Source: an uncultured Porphyrobacter sp. (GTDB taxonomy: Bacteria > Pseudomonadota > Alphaproteobacteria > Sphingomonadales > Sphingomonadaceae). From it: a stretch of 64,000 nucleotides of DNA. The notes under the pieces are model-generated. The model had not been told where the DNA came from. It was given only the letters and a program-made list of their open reading frames with translations, and did not search any database. Shown here in pieces: positions 1-8,679 of this stretch. The DNA is taken from NCBI GenBank assembly GCA_964500135.1, contig CAZCNF010000010.1, positions 8,435-72,434 of the forward strand. Reading direction: 5' to 3'. How positions within the stretch are numbered: the first letter of the stretch is position 1; each line of letters begins with the position of its first letter. Made by a program: the position numbers and the translations under genes.

Positions 1-1569
1 AACGAGCTTCCCGATACCTGGTCCCAGGTGCCCATCAGCGAAGTCGCCGAGATCAACCCGCGAAAGAGCGTCGATTTGAATGGAGATGACCTGGTCTCAT
101 TCGTCCCGATGGCTGCCGTTGACGAAGTGTCTGGCACTATCGCCGCACCGATTGATCGGCCTTACAGCGAAGTCTCGAAAGGGTTCACCCACTTCCGTGA
201 CGAAGACGTGATCTTCGCGAAAATTACGCCTTCGATGGAAAACGGCAAGTCGGCAGTCGCTCGCGACCTGACCAATGGCACTGGCATGGGTTCAACTGAA
301 TTCCATGTGTTCCGCAGCTACGGGGCAATCGAGCCGGAATATCTCTGGCGTTACATCAGGCAACAATCGTTCCGTGATGATGCGCAGACTGTCATGTCGG
401 GTGCCGTTGGCCAGCAACGAGTCCCAGCGGAGTGGCTGAAGGAATACATGATCCCGCTCGCGCCGAAGGCCGAGCAGGGGCGCATCGTGAAGAAGGTGGA
501 CAGCCTGACCACACGCACCGCCCGTGCCCTCAAAGAGCTGGACCACGTCCCCGACCTCATCGCCCGATACAAGCGATCTCTATTGGGGAACATGTTCGAA
601 CGGCTTGCTGCGGAGCATGGCACACAGCCACTGGCAGAGCTTACAACGAAAATTGGAAGTGGAGCTACTCCACGTGGCGGTTCGAGCGTCTACGTGGAGC
701 AAGGAACTCCCTTTATTAGATCTCAAAACGTCTATTTCGAGGGCTTCGAGTATGAGGGATTGGCATTTATCGACGACGCTGCTGCCAAGGCTCTTTCAAA
801 TGTGACAACAGAAGAAAATGACGTTCTGCTAAACATTACCGGAGCATCAATCGGCAGAGCCACTATCCTGCCGGATGAGCTGGCTGGTGGCCGGGTGAAC
901 CAGCATGTCTCGATTTTACGCTGCAAACCTAATCTGCTGAACTTGTTCCTTCTGTATTTTCTATGGTCCCCTGAAATGCAGAAACTGATCAATGACGAGA
1001 ATTATGGCGTCACACGGCAAGCCCTAACAAAGAGTATGATCGAGGGCTTCTTGGTTCCGCTACCACCACTAGAAGAACAGGCCAAAATCGTACGCCGCAT
1101 CGAATCCGCCTTTGACTGGATTGACAGTGTGGCTAATGAACATGCCTCGGCTACAAAGTTGCTCCCGAAGTTAGACGGGGCCATCCTTGCCAAAGCCTTC
1201 CAAGGCAAACTTGTCCCGCAAGATCCGAACGACGAGCCCGCGAGCGCGTTATTGGAGCGAGTAAAGAAAGCACGTGTCGCGGAGCCAAAGGTAATGCGCG
1301 GAAAAGGGGCGAATAACTCGAAGTCCCGAAAGGAAACGCAGACCATGACCAAGAACCTGGAAGAGGTGTTGTCTGAAGCCGGAGACTGGATTTCTGCACA
1401 GGAAGCGTTCGCACAGTGCGGAATTGGCGGCTCTGCAACAACAGAAGAGATCGAAAAGATCTACGCCCAGCTGCGCAAGCTCGACAAGGCGGACCGTCTT
1501 GAAGCCGAGCCGATCCATGACGAGCAGGGGCGAAAGCTGCACGATCGGCTGCGTCTGAAGGCCGCCTGA
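1..1569 (+). CDS. hsdS: Type I restriction-modification specificity subunit, 5'-truncated by window, with extra C-terminal domain
   Basis: Frame is open from base 1 (NELPDTWSQVPISEV). Two TRDs, each followed by the conserved repeat (IPLAPKAEQGRIVKKVDSL; VPLPPLEEQAKIVRRIESA), then QGKLVPQDPNDEPASALLERV and ~100 more residues. Confidence 0.92.
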   Translation, partial: NELPDTWSQVPISEVAEINPRKSVDLNGDDLVSFVPMAAVDEVSGTIAAPIDRPYSEVSKGFTHFRDEDVIFAKITPSMENGKSAVARDLTNGTGMGSTEFHVFRSYGAIEPEYLWRYIRQQSFRDDAQTVMSGAVGQQRVPAEWLKEYMIPLAPKAEQGRIVKKVDSLTTRTARALKELDHVPDLIARYKRSLLGNMFERLAAEHGTQPLAELTTKIGSGATPRGGSSVYVEQGTPFIRSQNVYFEGFEYEGLAFIDDAAAKALSNVTTEENDVLLNITGASIGRATILPDELAGGRVNQHVSILRCKPNLLNLFLLYFLWSPEMQKLINDENYGVTRQALTKSMIEGFLVPLPPLEEQAKIVRRIESAFDWIDSVANEHASATKLLPKLDGAILAKAFQGKLVPQDPNDEPASALLERVKKARVAEPKVMRGKGANNSKSRKETQTMTKNLEEVLSEAGDWISAQEAFAQCGIGGSATTEEIEKIYAQLRKLDKADRLEAEPIHDEQGRKLHDRLRLKAA

Positions 1570-1573
1570 TCCC

Positions 1574-3268
1574 ATGCGCCTGGACAAGATCACCATCGGC
1601 AGCGCGAAGGATAGCCCGACCCACTGCTTCAAGAATCTGAAAAACGTCACGGTCGATTTTGATCAGAAGCACTGGGTCACGGTGGTTATCGGGTGGAACG
1701 GCACCGGTAAATCCAACGTCCTGGAAGCCTTGGCGATCATCTTTCGTGATTTGATTCAAGGTAGTGAAAAACCAAACAAACCTGTTCGACCTGCCTTTGC
1801 GTTCAATTTGAGTTACCGCATGGGCAGCGGCGATGAAGCCCTGCATATCAGCATCGATGCAGACCCCGATCGGGACAGGGAAACGCTGATTATCCATGTC
1901 GCGACTGATGCTGAAGCAAGGGGCGTCGGAACGCTGACGCCGTTCATAGAAGGCGAACCCAAAACATCTCCGCTGCGGGGCAAGAAGATTCCCGCCAAGG
2001 CGTTCTTCGAAGCCGGAGCGCGACACTTACCGCGCTTTGTTTTCGCTTATTACTCTGGCGAAAGCGACCGTCTTTATGAGGTATTCAAGCCCTATCTGGA
2101 AACCTTCGACAGGCAACTCAGGCAAGGCAGAAATCCAGGCTTGAAGCGGCTTTTCTACGCCTTGCCGACCCACAGCCAGTTCGTCTTGTTGGCGTTTCTG
2201 ATACAGCAGTCTGACGAGGTCAGGGAGTTTCTCGCGGATCATCTTGGGATTGATCCCGAAGAAGGGATCGACTCCGTCCTGTTCGTCCTGCGCCAACCGC
2301 CCTGGGATTCGAAAGAAGGTGACCCGCGCTTTTGGTATGCGAAAGGGGTTGTCGCCGACTTCTTAAGTCGACTTCAAGACATTGCGCTTGCACCGGTCGA
2401 AATCAGCCGCCGCGTTGCCGTATCGCTGTGGAACGAGAAGACACTTCAGTTCAAGTATCTATATATAAAAGATATTGCATCACTTCGGGAGCTTGTCGGC
2501 GCACAGCGCCCGGCCGAATTCTTCCGTGACATGGAAAGTACCTACGTCTCGCAGCTGATCGAAGAAGTGCGCATCCGCGTGCGTCTCAAGAAGAATGACG
2601 GGACAGTAACATTCCGCGAGTTGAGCGAAGGCGAGCAGCAGTTGTTGACGGTCCTGGGGTTGCTCCGCTTCACCGCCGAGAGTGAAAGCCTGTTCCTGCT
2701 GGATGAGCCTGACACGCACCTCAACCCCCGCTGGGCGGTTGATTACCTCAGCTATCTCCGCAAGTTTGCCGGACAGAATGACGGTGACCGAGAGAACAGC
2801 CACATTTTGATTACGACGCACAATCCCTTGGCCATCGCAGAACTCGCGAAAGAGCAGGTGCAGATCTTATATCGGACACCGGAAGCCAAAATCGTATCAG
2901 AAAATCCTGCCCTCGATCCCAAGGGGATGGGTTTTGCAAATATAGTAACGAGCGACATGTTTGGTTTGGGCACCAGTCTCGATCAGCAGACCAATGATGA
3001 CCTGGTCGAATTGCATCATTTGTCTACCAAGACTGAACTGACGGATGAGGAGCGCACGCGGATCGTCGAATTGCGGAAGGGACTCGAGGGTTTAGACTTC
3101 AATTTTGCGATGCGCGACAGGCTTGAGCAAGAGTATCTTCGAGCTCGGTTCGACTTGGCGAACGACGGCGAAATGGACGCCGCAATCGTAACTCCGGAGA
3201 ACAAGGAAAGGGCCCTACAGGCTCTGATCACCAGCCTGCTTTCAGATTTACAGCAGGAACGCCCGTGA
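1574..3268 (+). CDS. ABC/AAA_21-type ATPase (PtuA-like defence ATPase)
   Basis: Walker A GWNGTGKS, signature LSEGE, Walker B/D-loop LFLLDEPDTHLNP, H-loop ITTHNP. Starts 4 nt after the hsdS stop. Confidence 0.88.
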   Translation: MRLDKITIGSAKDSPTHCFKNLKNVTVDFDQKHWVTVVIGWNGTGKSNVLEALAIIFRDLIQGSEKPNKPVRPAFAFNLSYRMGSGDEALHISIDADPDRDRETLIIHVATDAEARGVGTLTPFIEGEPKTSPLRGKKIPAKAFFEAGARHLPRFVFAYYSGESDRLYEVFKPYLETFDRQLRQGRNPGLKRLFYALPTHSQFVLLAFLIQQSDEVREFLADHLGIDPEEGIDSVLFVLRQPPWDSKEGDPRFWYAKGVVADFLSRLQDIALAPVEISRRVAVSLWNEKTLQFKYLYIKDIASLRELVGAQRPAEFFRDMESTYVSQLIEEVRIRVRLKKNDGTVTFRELSEGEQQLLTVLGLLRFTAESESLFLLDEPDTHLNPRWAVDYLSYLRKFAGQNDGDRENSHILITTHNPLAIAELAKEQVQILYRTPEAKIVSENPALDPKGMGFANIVTSDMFGLGTSLDQQTNDDLVELHHLSTKTELTDEERTRIVELRKGLEGLDFNFAMRDRLEQEYLRARFDLANDGEMDAAIVTPENKERALQALITSLLSDLQQERP

Positions 3269-4050
3269 GGTTCATTGCCGTCGCGCTTCCGCCCAACCTG
3301 CCGAAGAAGTGGTCCAAAGTCTACGAGGGCCGGACTTCCGGACTTGCCAGCAAGGCCACGCAAAGGCTGCGCGCCGAATACTTGACGAAAAATCCGAGCT
3401 GGGGCCGATTGAAATCATGGCTGTCGAACTTGAGCCATCAGAAGTGCTGGTATTGCGAGGCAAATAGCCGCCGTTCGCCTTTCGACGTGGATCATTTCCG
3501 GCCGAAACTCGGGGTCACCGTCGACGGTCAACCACTCCCTGACGGTTTCGGCTACTATTGGCTGGCGTACGAGTGGTGGAATTTCCGCCTGTCATGTCAG
3601 CGCTGCAATCGACCTGAAAAAATAGATCGAACGACCCGGCGAGGTAAATGGAACGAATTTCCGATTGAATCTGAGCATACGCGTTGTGCGCCAACCTCTA
3701 TCACGGTGGATCAAGAAACCCCTCGCTTCCTTGATCCCTGTGTACAATCAGATTGTGATCTGTTGGCGTATGGCATCGACGGCGAGGTCAAGCCGGCATG
3801 TCCTGCCGGGACTTGGGAGCACGAGCGTGCACGCTACACAATCGAGCAACTGGGCTTCAATGACTGGAACGTGCCGGAGGATCGAAAGAAGGCGTGGCAG
3901 ACGCTTGCCCTAGTCATTCAACACGCGCCACAACCCGAAGCTGAAGGGTGTGTCGCGTATTATTTGAGCGAAGAGCACGAATATTCCAGGTTTTTTCGGT
4001 CCGTAGTAGGAACACACCGTGATAAGCAATGGGTTGATACCCTCCTCTAG
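3265..4050 (+). CDS. HNH endonuclease (PtuB-like)
   Basis: KCWYCE...DVDHFRPK...YYWLAYEWWNFRLSCQRCN. GTG start overlaps the ATPase stop (GTGA). Confidence 0.85.
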   Translation: MRFIAVALPPNLPKKWSKVYEGRTSGLASKATQRLRAEYLTKNPSWGRLKSWLSNLSHQKCWYCEANSRRSPFDVDHFRPKLGVTVDGQPLPDGFGYYWLAYEWWNFRLSCQRCNRPEKIDRTTRRGKWNEFPIESEHTRCAPTSITVDQETPRFLDPCVQSDCDLLAYGIDGEVKPACPAGTWEHERARYTIEQLGFNDWNVPEDRKKAWQTLALVIQHAPQPEAEGCVAYYLSEEHEYSRFFRSVVGTHRDKQWVDTLL

Positions 4051-4345
4051 TGTGTTACGAGCCTGGATCGAAATTCCGCGGCCTTCACCACCGCCCTCGA
4101 AGCGTTGAGGATCGCGTAGTTGGCGGCCTTGAGCACTTTCAGCTAGCACAAGGGGTAGTGAGCCTTACCTAAGCTCGTCCTGCTCGGGGACCCGCAGCAC
4201 GCCATCAAGTCCCTGCAATCGCAAGGTCGCGGATAGCCTTGTTGCGGATTGGCCCCACAATGAGGCCCCCTTTCCGCTCCAGGGCATGGATTTCGGAAGC
4301 ACTCACAATGAGGAAACCGGTGCGTGAGAGGCTAAGCCTCGTAGG

Positions 4346-4738
4346 TCATCTTTGATACCAATCACCGACTTCCTTGGCGGCCGCTTCTACCGCCTTGCGG
4401 ATCTGCTCGGCCGCACCCAGCACATTGCCTTCGCCTGACTCCATGATGTCGAGCGCCTTATCGACAGTACGTTGCAGCTGATCGAGCCGATATGCCCTGT
4501 GGGAGATAGCTATTTTGCCTACTTCCTTGTGGAAGCGCTCTCGCACCAGCGCGTGATACTCGAGCCAACGGAGAGACGCTGCGAACTGAAACGATGCAGG
4601 ATCGTAGGCCCTAACGTGCCGTGGCGTGAGTATGACGCCGAACTCCTTCTCGATCAGATCCACAACGTCCGCCGGCCTCTGGAAGCAGGCAAGGTGCTCC
4701 ACGATCCGTTTCTTGATTGCCTCTGGAAGTCTTTTCAT
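4346..4738 (-). CDS. DUF2280 family protein (terminase small-subunit-like)
   Basis: MKRLPEAIKKRIVEHLACFQRPADVV..IEKEFGV..TPRHVRAYDP...IAISHRAYRL...AAAKEVGD fits the DUF2280 pattern. Start placed at ATG 4738. Confidence 0.75.
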   Translation of the reverse strand: MKRLPEAIKKRIVEHLACFQRPADVVDLIEKEFGVILTPRHVRAYDPASFQFAASLRWLEYHALVRERFHKEVGKIAISHRAYRLDQLQRTVDKALDIMESGEGNVLGAAEQIRKAVEAAAKEVGDWYQR

Positions 4739-4887
4739 AAGGTAAGTCCTGGGTAAGAAGCGCACGTCTAGGGACGTGGAAAACGCCCTAGAGTGCTCGC
4801 CAAGTTTTGAGTTTCTTGCACATCCCACGGCAGTGCACTGCCCGCTTCTCCTGGCAACTGAAGTGCCCGTTGTGAATGTTGCCAGAC

Positions 4888-6114
4888 TCAGTCTGTTACG
4901 TCTGTTACGTCTGTTACGTCTGTTACGTCTGTTACGCTTTTCCCGGGTTCCGTGAGCTTGACGTCGGTGATCGCCAAATCGGGGAGGTAACGCTTCCAAG
5001 CATCGTATAGATCTTCCCGAACATAGCCCTTGAGTGGCCCGAAATCGGTTCGAATCGATCTTGGCCGAACTTTGTATGGACTAAGAAGCGCGGCCAACTT
5101 TCGATCATCGAGCGGCTTGCCTCGAAAGTCTCCCCAAGGGGCTTCTTCATCGCTGTTGAGCGTCTCGAGAATCTTCGTTGTTGGCATCTTTTCTTCATCG
5201 CCGAAGATCTGGCGAAGGTCTGATAGCAGACGGACGCCTATGCTGGGCTTGTTGGTCTTGGAAGCCGTAACAAGCGTAACAGCCGCTACACGAGCCCGTC
5301 GTTCCCACTCCTCCCCAAACGTTGTTGCGACAGCAAGAAGCGGCTCCCAGAGGTCAGCGTCCCGATCGGCTATGCCATACGGCATAGTTGGCCGCAGTGC
5401 CCTCAATCTCGCCACGTTGCGTTCAGCCCAGCTGGCAAGCCTATCACGGAGTTTATGCCCCAGCGGCGCATGATCTCGGTATCGATAGGATTCGACCTTT
5501 TCCTCACGGCTTCGGCGCCTCATATGTATAATGATTGAGCGCGTACGGATTGTGAGTGGGAGCTCAAACAAGCCAGCGAGAGCAACCGCTGAGTAGGCCG
5601 GCAGCTCCTCGGTCTCTATCTGCCTTCCCCTTACGATGCACCGACCCGCTACTGCGCCTTTCCGGTGTCCGGCATTGAGCAGGCCCCGGATCTCTTCGTT
5701 ACCTTTGGCTTGCGGGCCAAAGATCGTGTCGATCTCATCAAACAGAATCGTTGGCCGACCGGCCTTGGCGCCAACCTTGCGGAAAAGATATGCCGGCGTG
5801 ACGTTGACCGCTTCCACTGGGTTCGGGACTAATGTCTCGGTGACCTCAAGTGCGCGTGTCTTGCCAGATCCCGGTTCGGGAGACAGAAAAGCAAGTCGAG
5901 GGGTGGAGTCCCAGGCATCCATGGCATGGGCATGAGCAATCCAGAGGACATGGGCATCGGCAGCCTCTGCGCTTGGATACACGACAAAACGACACAAGAG
6001 CCGGTGAACCATGTCCAACAAGCAGCCATCCGATTTCTCACGAGGAGCTAGGGGCATTTGGATGATTGTCCCCGATGAGTTCCCACTTGGCGCATGATGT
6101 TTGTCGAAGGTCAT
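4888..6114 (-). CDS. DUF3631-containing P-loop replication protein (primase/helicase-associated)
   Basis: P-loop SPEPGSGKT, ILFDEID, GLLNAGH, and C-terminal LLSDLRQIF...EAPW...LAALLSPYKVRP...KGY..DLYDAWKRYL typical of DUF3631. Confidence 0.8.
   Translation of the reverse strand: MTFDKHHAPSGNSSGTIIQMPLAPREKSDGCLLDMVHRLLCRFVVYPSAEAADAHVLWIAHAHAMDAWDSTPRLAFLSPEPGSGKTRALEVTETLVPNPVEAVNVTPAYLFRKVGAKAGRPTILFDEIDTIFGPQAKGNEEIRGLLNAGHRKGAVAGRCIVRGRQIETEELPAYSAVALAGLFELPLTIRTRSIIIHMRRRSREEKVESYRYRDHAPLGHKLRDRLASWAERNVARLRALRPTMPYGIADRDADLWEPLLAVATTFGEEWERRARVAAVTLVTASKTNKPSIGVRLLSDLRQIFGDEEKMPTTKILETLNSDEEAPWGDFRGKPLDDRKLAALLSPYKVRPRSIRTDFGPLKGYVREDLYDAWKRYLPDLAITDVKLTEPGKSVTDVTDVTDVTDVTD
4891..4935. 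repeat. 5 perfect tandem copies of GTCTGTTAC (iteron-like)
   Basis: Read directly; encodes the (VTD)5 C-terminus of the DUF3631 gene. Inverted variants CGTAACAAG/CGTAACAGC at 5266-5283. Confidence 0.95.
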
Positions 6115-6431
6115 GCGCCTGGGCCCTCCATATCAATGTTCTCCGCCTGCATCGCTGTGACCAGGAGGCGACGAAGGAAGAGGTTGAGGTCCTTGAGCTC
6201 GCTTTGATGGGCATGTGAGTAGACCCAAAGCGTGGCATAATCTGAGGCAATCCACGCCAACTGCCTCGCGGTATCGCTGGCTGTACTGCGGATCATGCAG
6301 CTTGCTACGTTCCTGAATGAACGCATCTTCGCTCTGAGCGCATGCTCTTCATCACTGATGCCCGGCAAGAAGATGCGGATATCGTCCGGCTCAGGAAATG
6401 CAGTGGTTGGATCTTTGGAGCTCGGCATCAC
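6111..6431 (-). CDS. Hypothetical protein
   Basis: 106-aa ORF with 4-nt overlaps to both neighbours. Confidence 0.65.
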   Translation of the reverse strand: MMPSSKDPTTAFPEPDDIRIFLPGISDEEHALRAKMRSFRNVASCMIRSTASDTARQLAWIASDYATLWVYSHAHQSELKDLNLFLRRLLVTAMQAENIDMEGPGA

Positions 6432-6616
6432 ACGTCTCCCTCAAGGAGAGCGTGCAAACTTTCTGCCGTGATCAGGGACCTGCGGCCGACCCGGCGCTTA
6501 ATTAGCTTTCCCTCTTGGATGAGCTCATAAATTCGGGTCTTTCCGAGGGATGTGAGATGGGCAGCCTGCTTGATTGAATAGGCAAGCTGCCGCTGATTCT
6601 TGATACCTTCAGTCAT
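6428..6616 (-). CDS. Excisionase/AlpA-like HTH protein
   Basis: LAYSIKQAAHLTSLGKTRIYELIQEGKL..RRVGRRSLI; GGAG RBS before ATG 6616. Confidence 0.85.
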   Translation of the reverse strand: MTEGIKNQRQLAYSIKQAAHLTSLGKTRIYELIQEGKLIKRRVGRRSLITAESLHALLEGDV

Positions 6617-6728
6617 TGGATATCTCCGTTCTACTTCGTGAACGGCCATCCAAATACACTGATGTCAGCGGACGTCAGCAACCATCGGCATGACAAAAAG
6701 CTGTACCAAGTTTTCGTCCAGAGAGGTC

Positions 6729-7340
6729 CTATGTTCGCTCTTTGCTCGCTGAAGCTAAGATCCGAACCCATTGGCCCCAAGTCAGAGACCGTGCGAGCGC
6801 AGCATTCTTTTGTTCAGCTTCCTTGTCCGCCCTTACTGCTTCCTCATACAGCTTAACCTTCCCGACATACTTGTAGACGGTATTGTCTTTGACCCCGAAT
6901 TCTTTGGCTAATTCCTTGACCAGCGACTCGACCTCGCCTTTCCGCCACCGCGCTCGGTATTCTTTTGCTATTCGGAAAGCCAAGTCCGGAGGTCGCCCAT
7001 TTTTTTTAGGCGCCCCACCTTTCGCAGCCGGCCGATCGGGATGCTCCACAACAATAAGCCGATAATCAGATCTATAGTGGGTTCCCGCAATCAGCTTTCT
7101 TAGTTCGAGAACAACCTCCCGGTCGGGTATGCCGCGCTCTTGTCGCAAATATTCACCGAGGCTATCGAGGCAACCATTCCGCAGGTCGGCCACTACGACC
7201 AGGGGGTGCACCCGTGACAAACAAGCCTTCTTGGGTAGATCATGCACAGGTTTGAAGCGCTTGTGCCGAATGCTCGTTTCCCTAACGTGCCGTACCTTTA
7301 CTAGCTTACCTTTTGCACGGCCTGAACGTCGTCTTGTCAT
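6729..7340 (-). CDS. Hypothetical basic protein with probable C-terminal HTH
   Basis: 203-aa ORF overlapping the HD gene stop; VESLVKELAKEFGVKDNTVYKYV is HTH-like. Confidence 0.55.
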   Translation of the reverse strand: MTRRRSGRAKGKLVKVRHVRETSIRHKRFKPVHDLPKKACLSRVHPLVVVADLRNGCLDSLGEYLRQERGIPDREVVLELRKLIAGTHYRSDYRLIVVEHPDRPAAKGGAPKKNGRPPDLAFRIAKEYRARWRKGEVESLVKELAKEFGVKDNTVYKYVGKVKLYEEAVRADKEAEQKNAALARSLTWGQWVRILASASKERT

Positions 7341-7909
7341 CTCCTCACCCCTTCATTTGATGCAGCAGGAGAAAGCCAATTGGCTTCCCCTAACGCCCAC
7401 TTGTCGAGGCAGGCATTCACCCCGCTGCACCCCGACATCACCTCTTTGGCGAACTGGAGGTATTGAGCCTTCCGATTCTCGCTCCAATTTGGCGGCGCAG
7501 CCTTGATGTCTCTTAAGTTCGCAATCTTATCGGCGATCTTGATGAGCTTGGCGTCATTCGACTTCCTTGGCGCATTGAGCACCTGCAGGCGCTTGCGCTC
7601 AGCCTTTGGGAGGGTCTTGTCGTCGGTGACTTCGAGAACCAGGGAACATATCCGCTCACCAAAGACAGCGGCCAATTCCTCTGCCGTGGTCTCGGTGTCC
7701 TCGATCGTGTCGTGCAGGATGGCCGCTACGAGGATGTCCGTGTCGTCAATTCCAGCCTCGGTCAGGATCCGGGCCACCTCGAGCGGGTGGTTGATGTAGG
7801 GCGTGGCACCTACGTCCTTACGTCGCTGGTTCCTGTGGCGGTCCGCCGCGAAACAGGCAGCCTCAAGCAGCCTTGCAGCGTCAGTCTTCGTCCTCTTCAA
7901 TTCTTCCAT
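7337..7909 (-). CDS. Stand-alone RSH-type HD hydrolase (Mesh1/small alarmone hydrolase-like)
   Basis: FAADRHRNQRRK..TPYINHPLEVA...AAILHDTIEDT...EVTDDK...KIADKIANLRD; GGAGG RBS. Confidence 0.88.
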   Translation of the reverse strand: MEELKRTKTDAARLLEAACFAADRHRNQRRKDVGATPYINHPLEVARILTEAGIDDTDILVAAILHDTIEDTETTAEELAAVFGERICSLVLEVTDDKTLPKAERKRLQVLNAPRKSNDAKLIKIADKIANLRDIKAAPPNWSENRKAQYLQFAKEVMSGCSGVNACLDKWALGEANWLSPAASNEGVRR

Positions 7910-8564
7910 ACCTTACCTCCATGCGTTGGCTGAGCTCGTCGAACACGTCGACGATGTGGACCTCACGTCCCGGTGACATTGCTTCCAGCAGCCCTGCGGT
8001 CTCGAGCACGCACCGCGTCCAGTCGGGACGTTCGGTGACGCGGGCAAAGCACTCCTTCTCGAGGAAACTCCCCCATTTGCGGTGCTCTCTCGCCCGCTGG
8101 TCCTCGAACAGGTCGATCTGCGGGTCGAACAGCAGTCGGCGATAATGCGAGCAGAACCCGGCCCAGGGCAGGTAGAACTCGCCTAGGTCCAAAGCCGAGC
8201 GGTCGAACAGGCTGTCAGGTGGGTTGGCGCGCGGGTTGATCAGTTCGACCGCGTAGCAATAGCGCTGCCGGCACAGCCAGATCAGTTCCTTGAGATCGCT
8301 CTCGGACGAGCGCTTCTGATGGAACACCATCTCGTCGAGGCTCATGGTCGCGTCCGAGACGTGAAGCTGACCGGTGGGTCGAAAATAGACGGGTAGCCCG
8401 GATTGAGCCTTGAACTGGCTCTGGGCAAGTTGGTGCATCGGCAGTCTCCTAAAAGGACACCGAACCTTCTGCGCTGCTGGTTGGAACCCAACAGAGCCTT
8501 GAGGCTCGGGTTCGTCAGCAACTTCCTGATTTTCAGGGAGGTCGAGAACTTCTCTCGACGACAA
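7881..8564 (-). CDS. Hypothetical protein, start uncertain (TTG 8564 or an internal ATG)
   Basis: Long ORF filling the gap between integrase and HD gene on the same strand; no motif recognised. Confidence 0.5.
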   Translation of the reverse strand: MSSREVLDLPENQEVADEPEPQGSVGFQPAAQKVRCPFRRLPMHQLAQSQFKAQSGLPVYFRPTGQLHVSDATMSLDEMVFHQKRSSESDLKELIWLCRQRYCYAVELINPRANPPDSLFDRSALDLGEFYLPWAGFCSHYRRLLFDPQIDLFEDQRAREHRKWGSFLEKECFARVTERPDWTRCVLETAGLLEAMSPGREVHIVDVFDELSQRMEVRYGRIEEDED

Positions 8565-8679
8565 TCACGATACGAAAACTGCGCCGCTTAGCAACTCAAA
8601 ACCAACGCATCCGGCCCATTCACCGACAGCTGCATCTTCTGTGCAACACTCATAACAAAGGGCTGAGTCTAGCCGCTCG

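Noticed and set aside
1574..4345. Retron (ATPase+HNH type)
   Set aside because: No reverse transcriptase or msr-msd evident in the window; the upstream gene is hsdS. Sequence left of base 1 is not visible.
4891..4935. Possible CRISPR array
   Set aside because: 9-bp units with no spacers and no cas genes; a simple tandem repeat.
4739..4999. N-terminal RNR-repeat extension of the DUF2280 ORF
   Set aside because: An alternative-frame reading of the 9-bp repeat overlapping the DUF3631 gene; the family-like sequence starts at ATG 4738.
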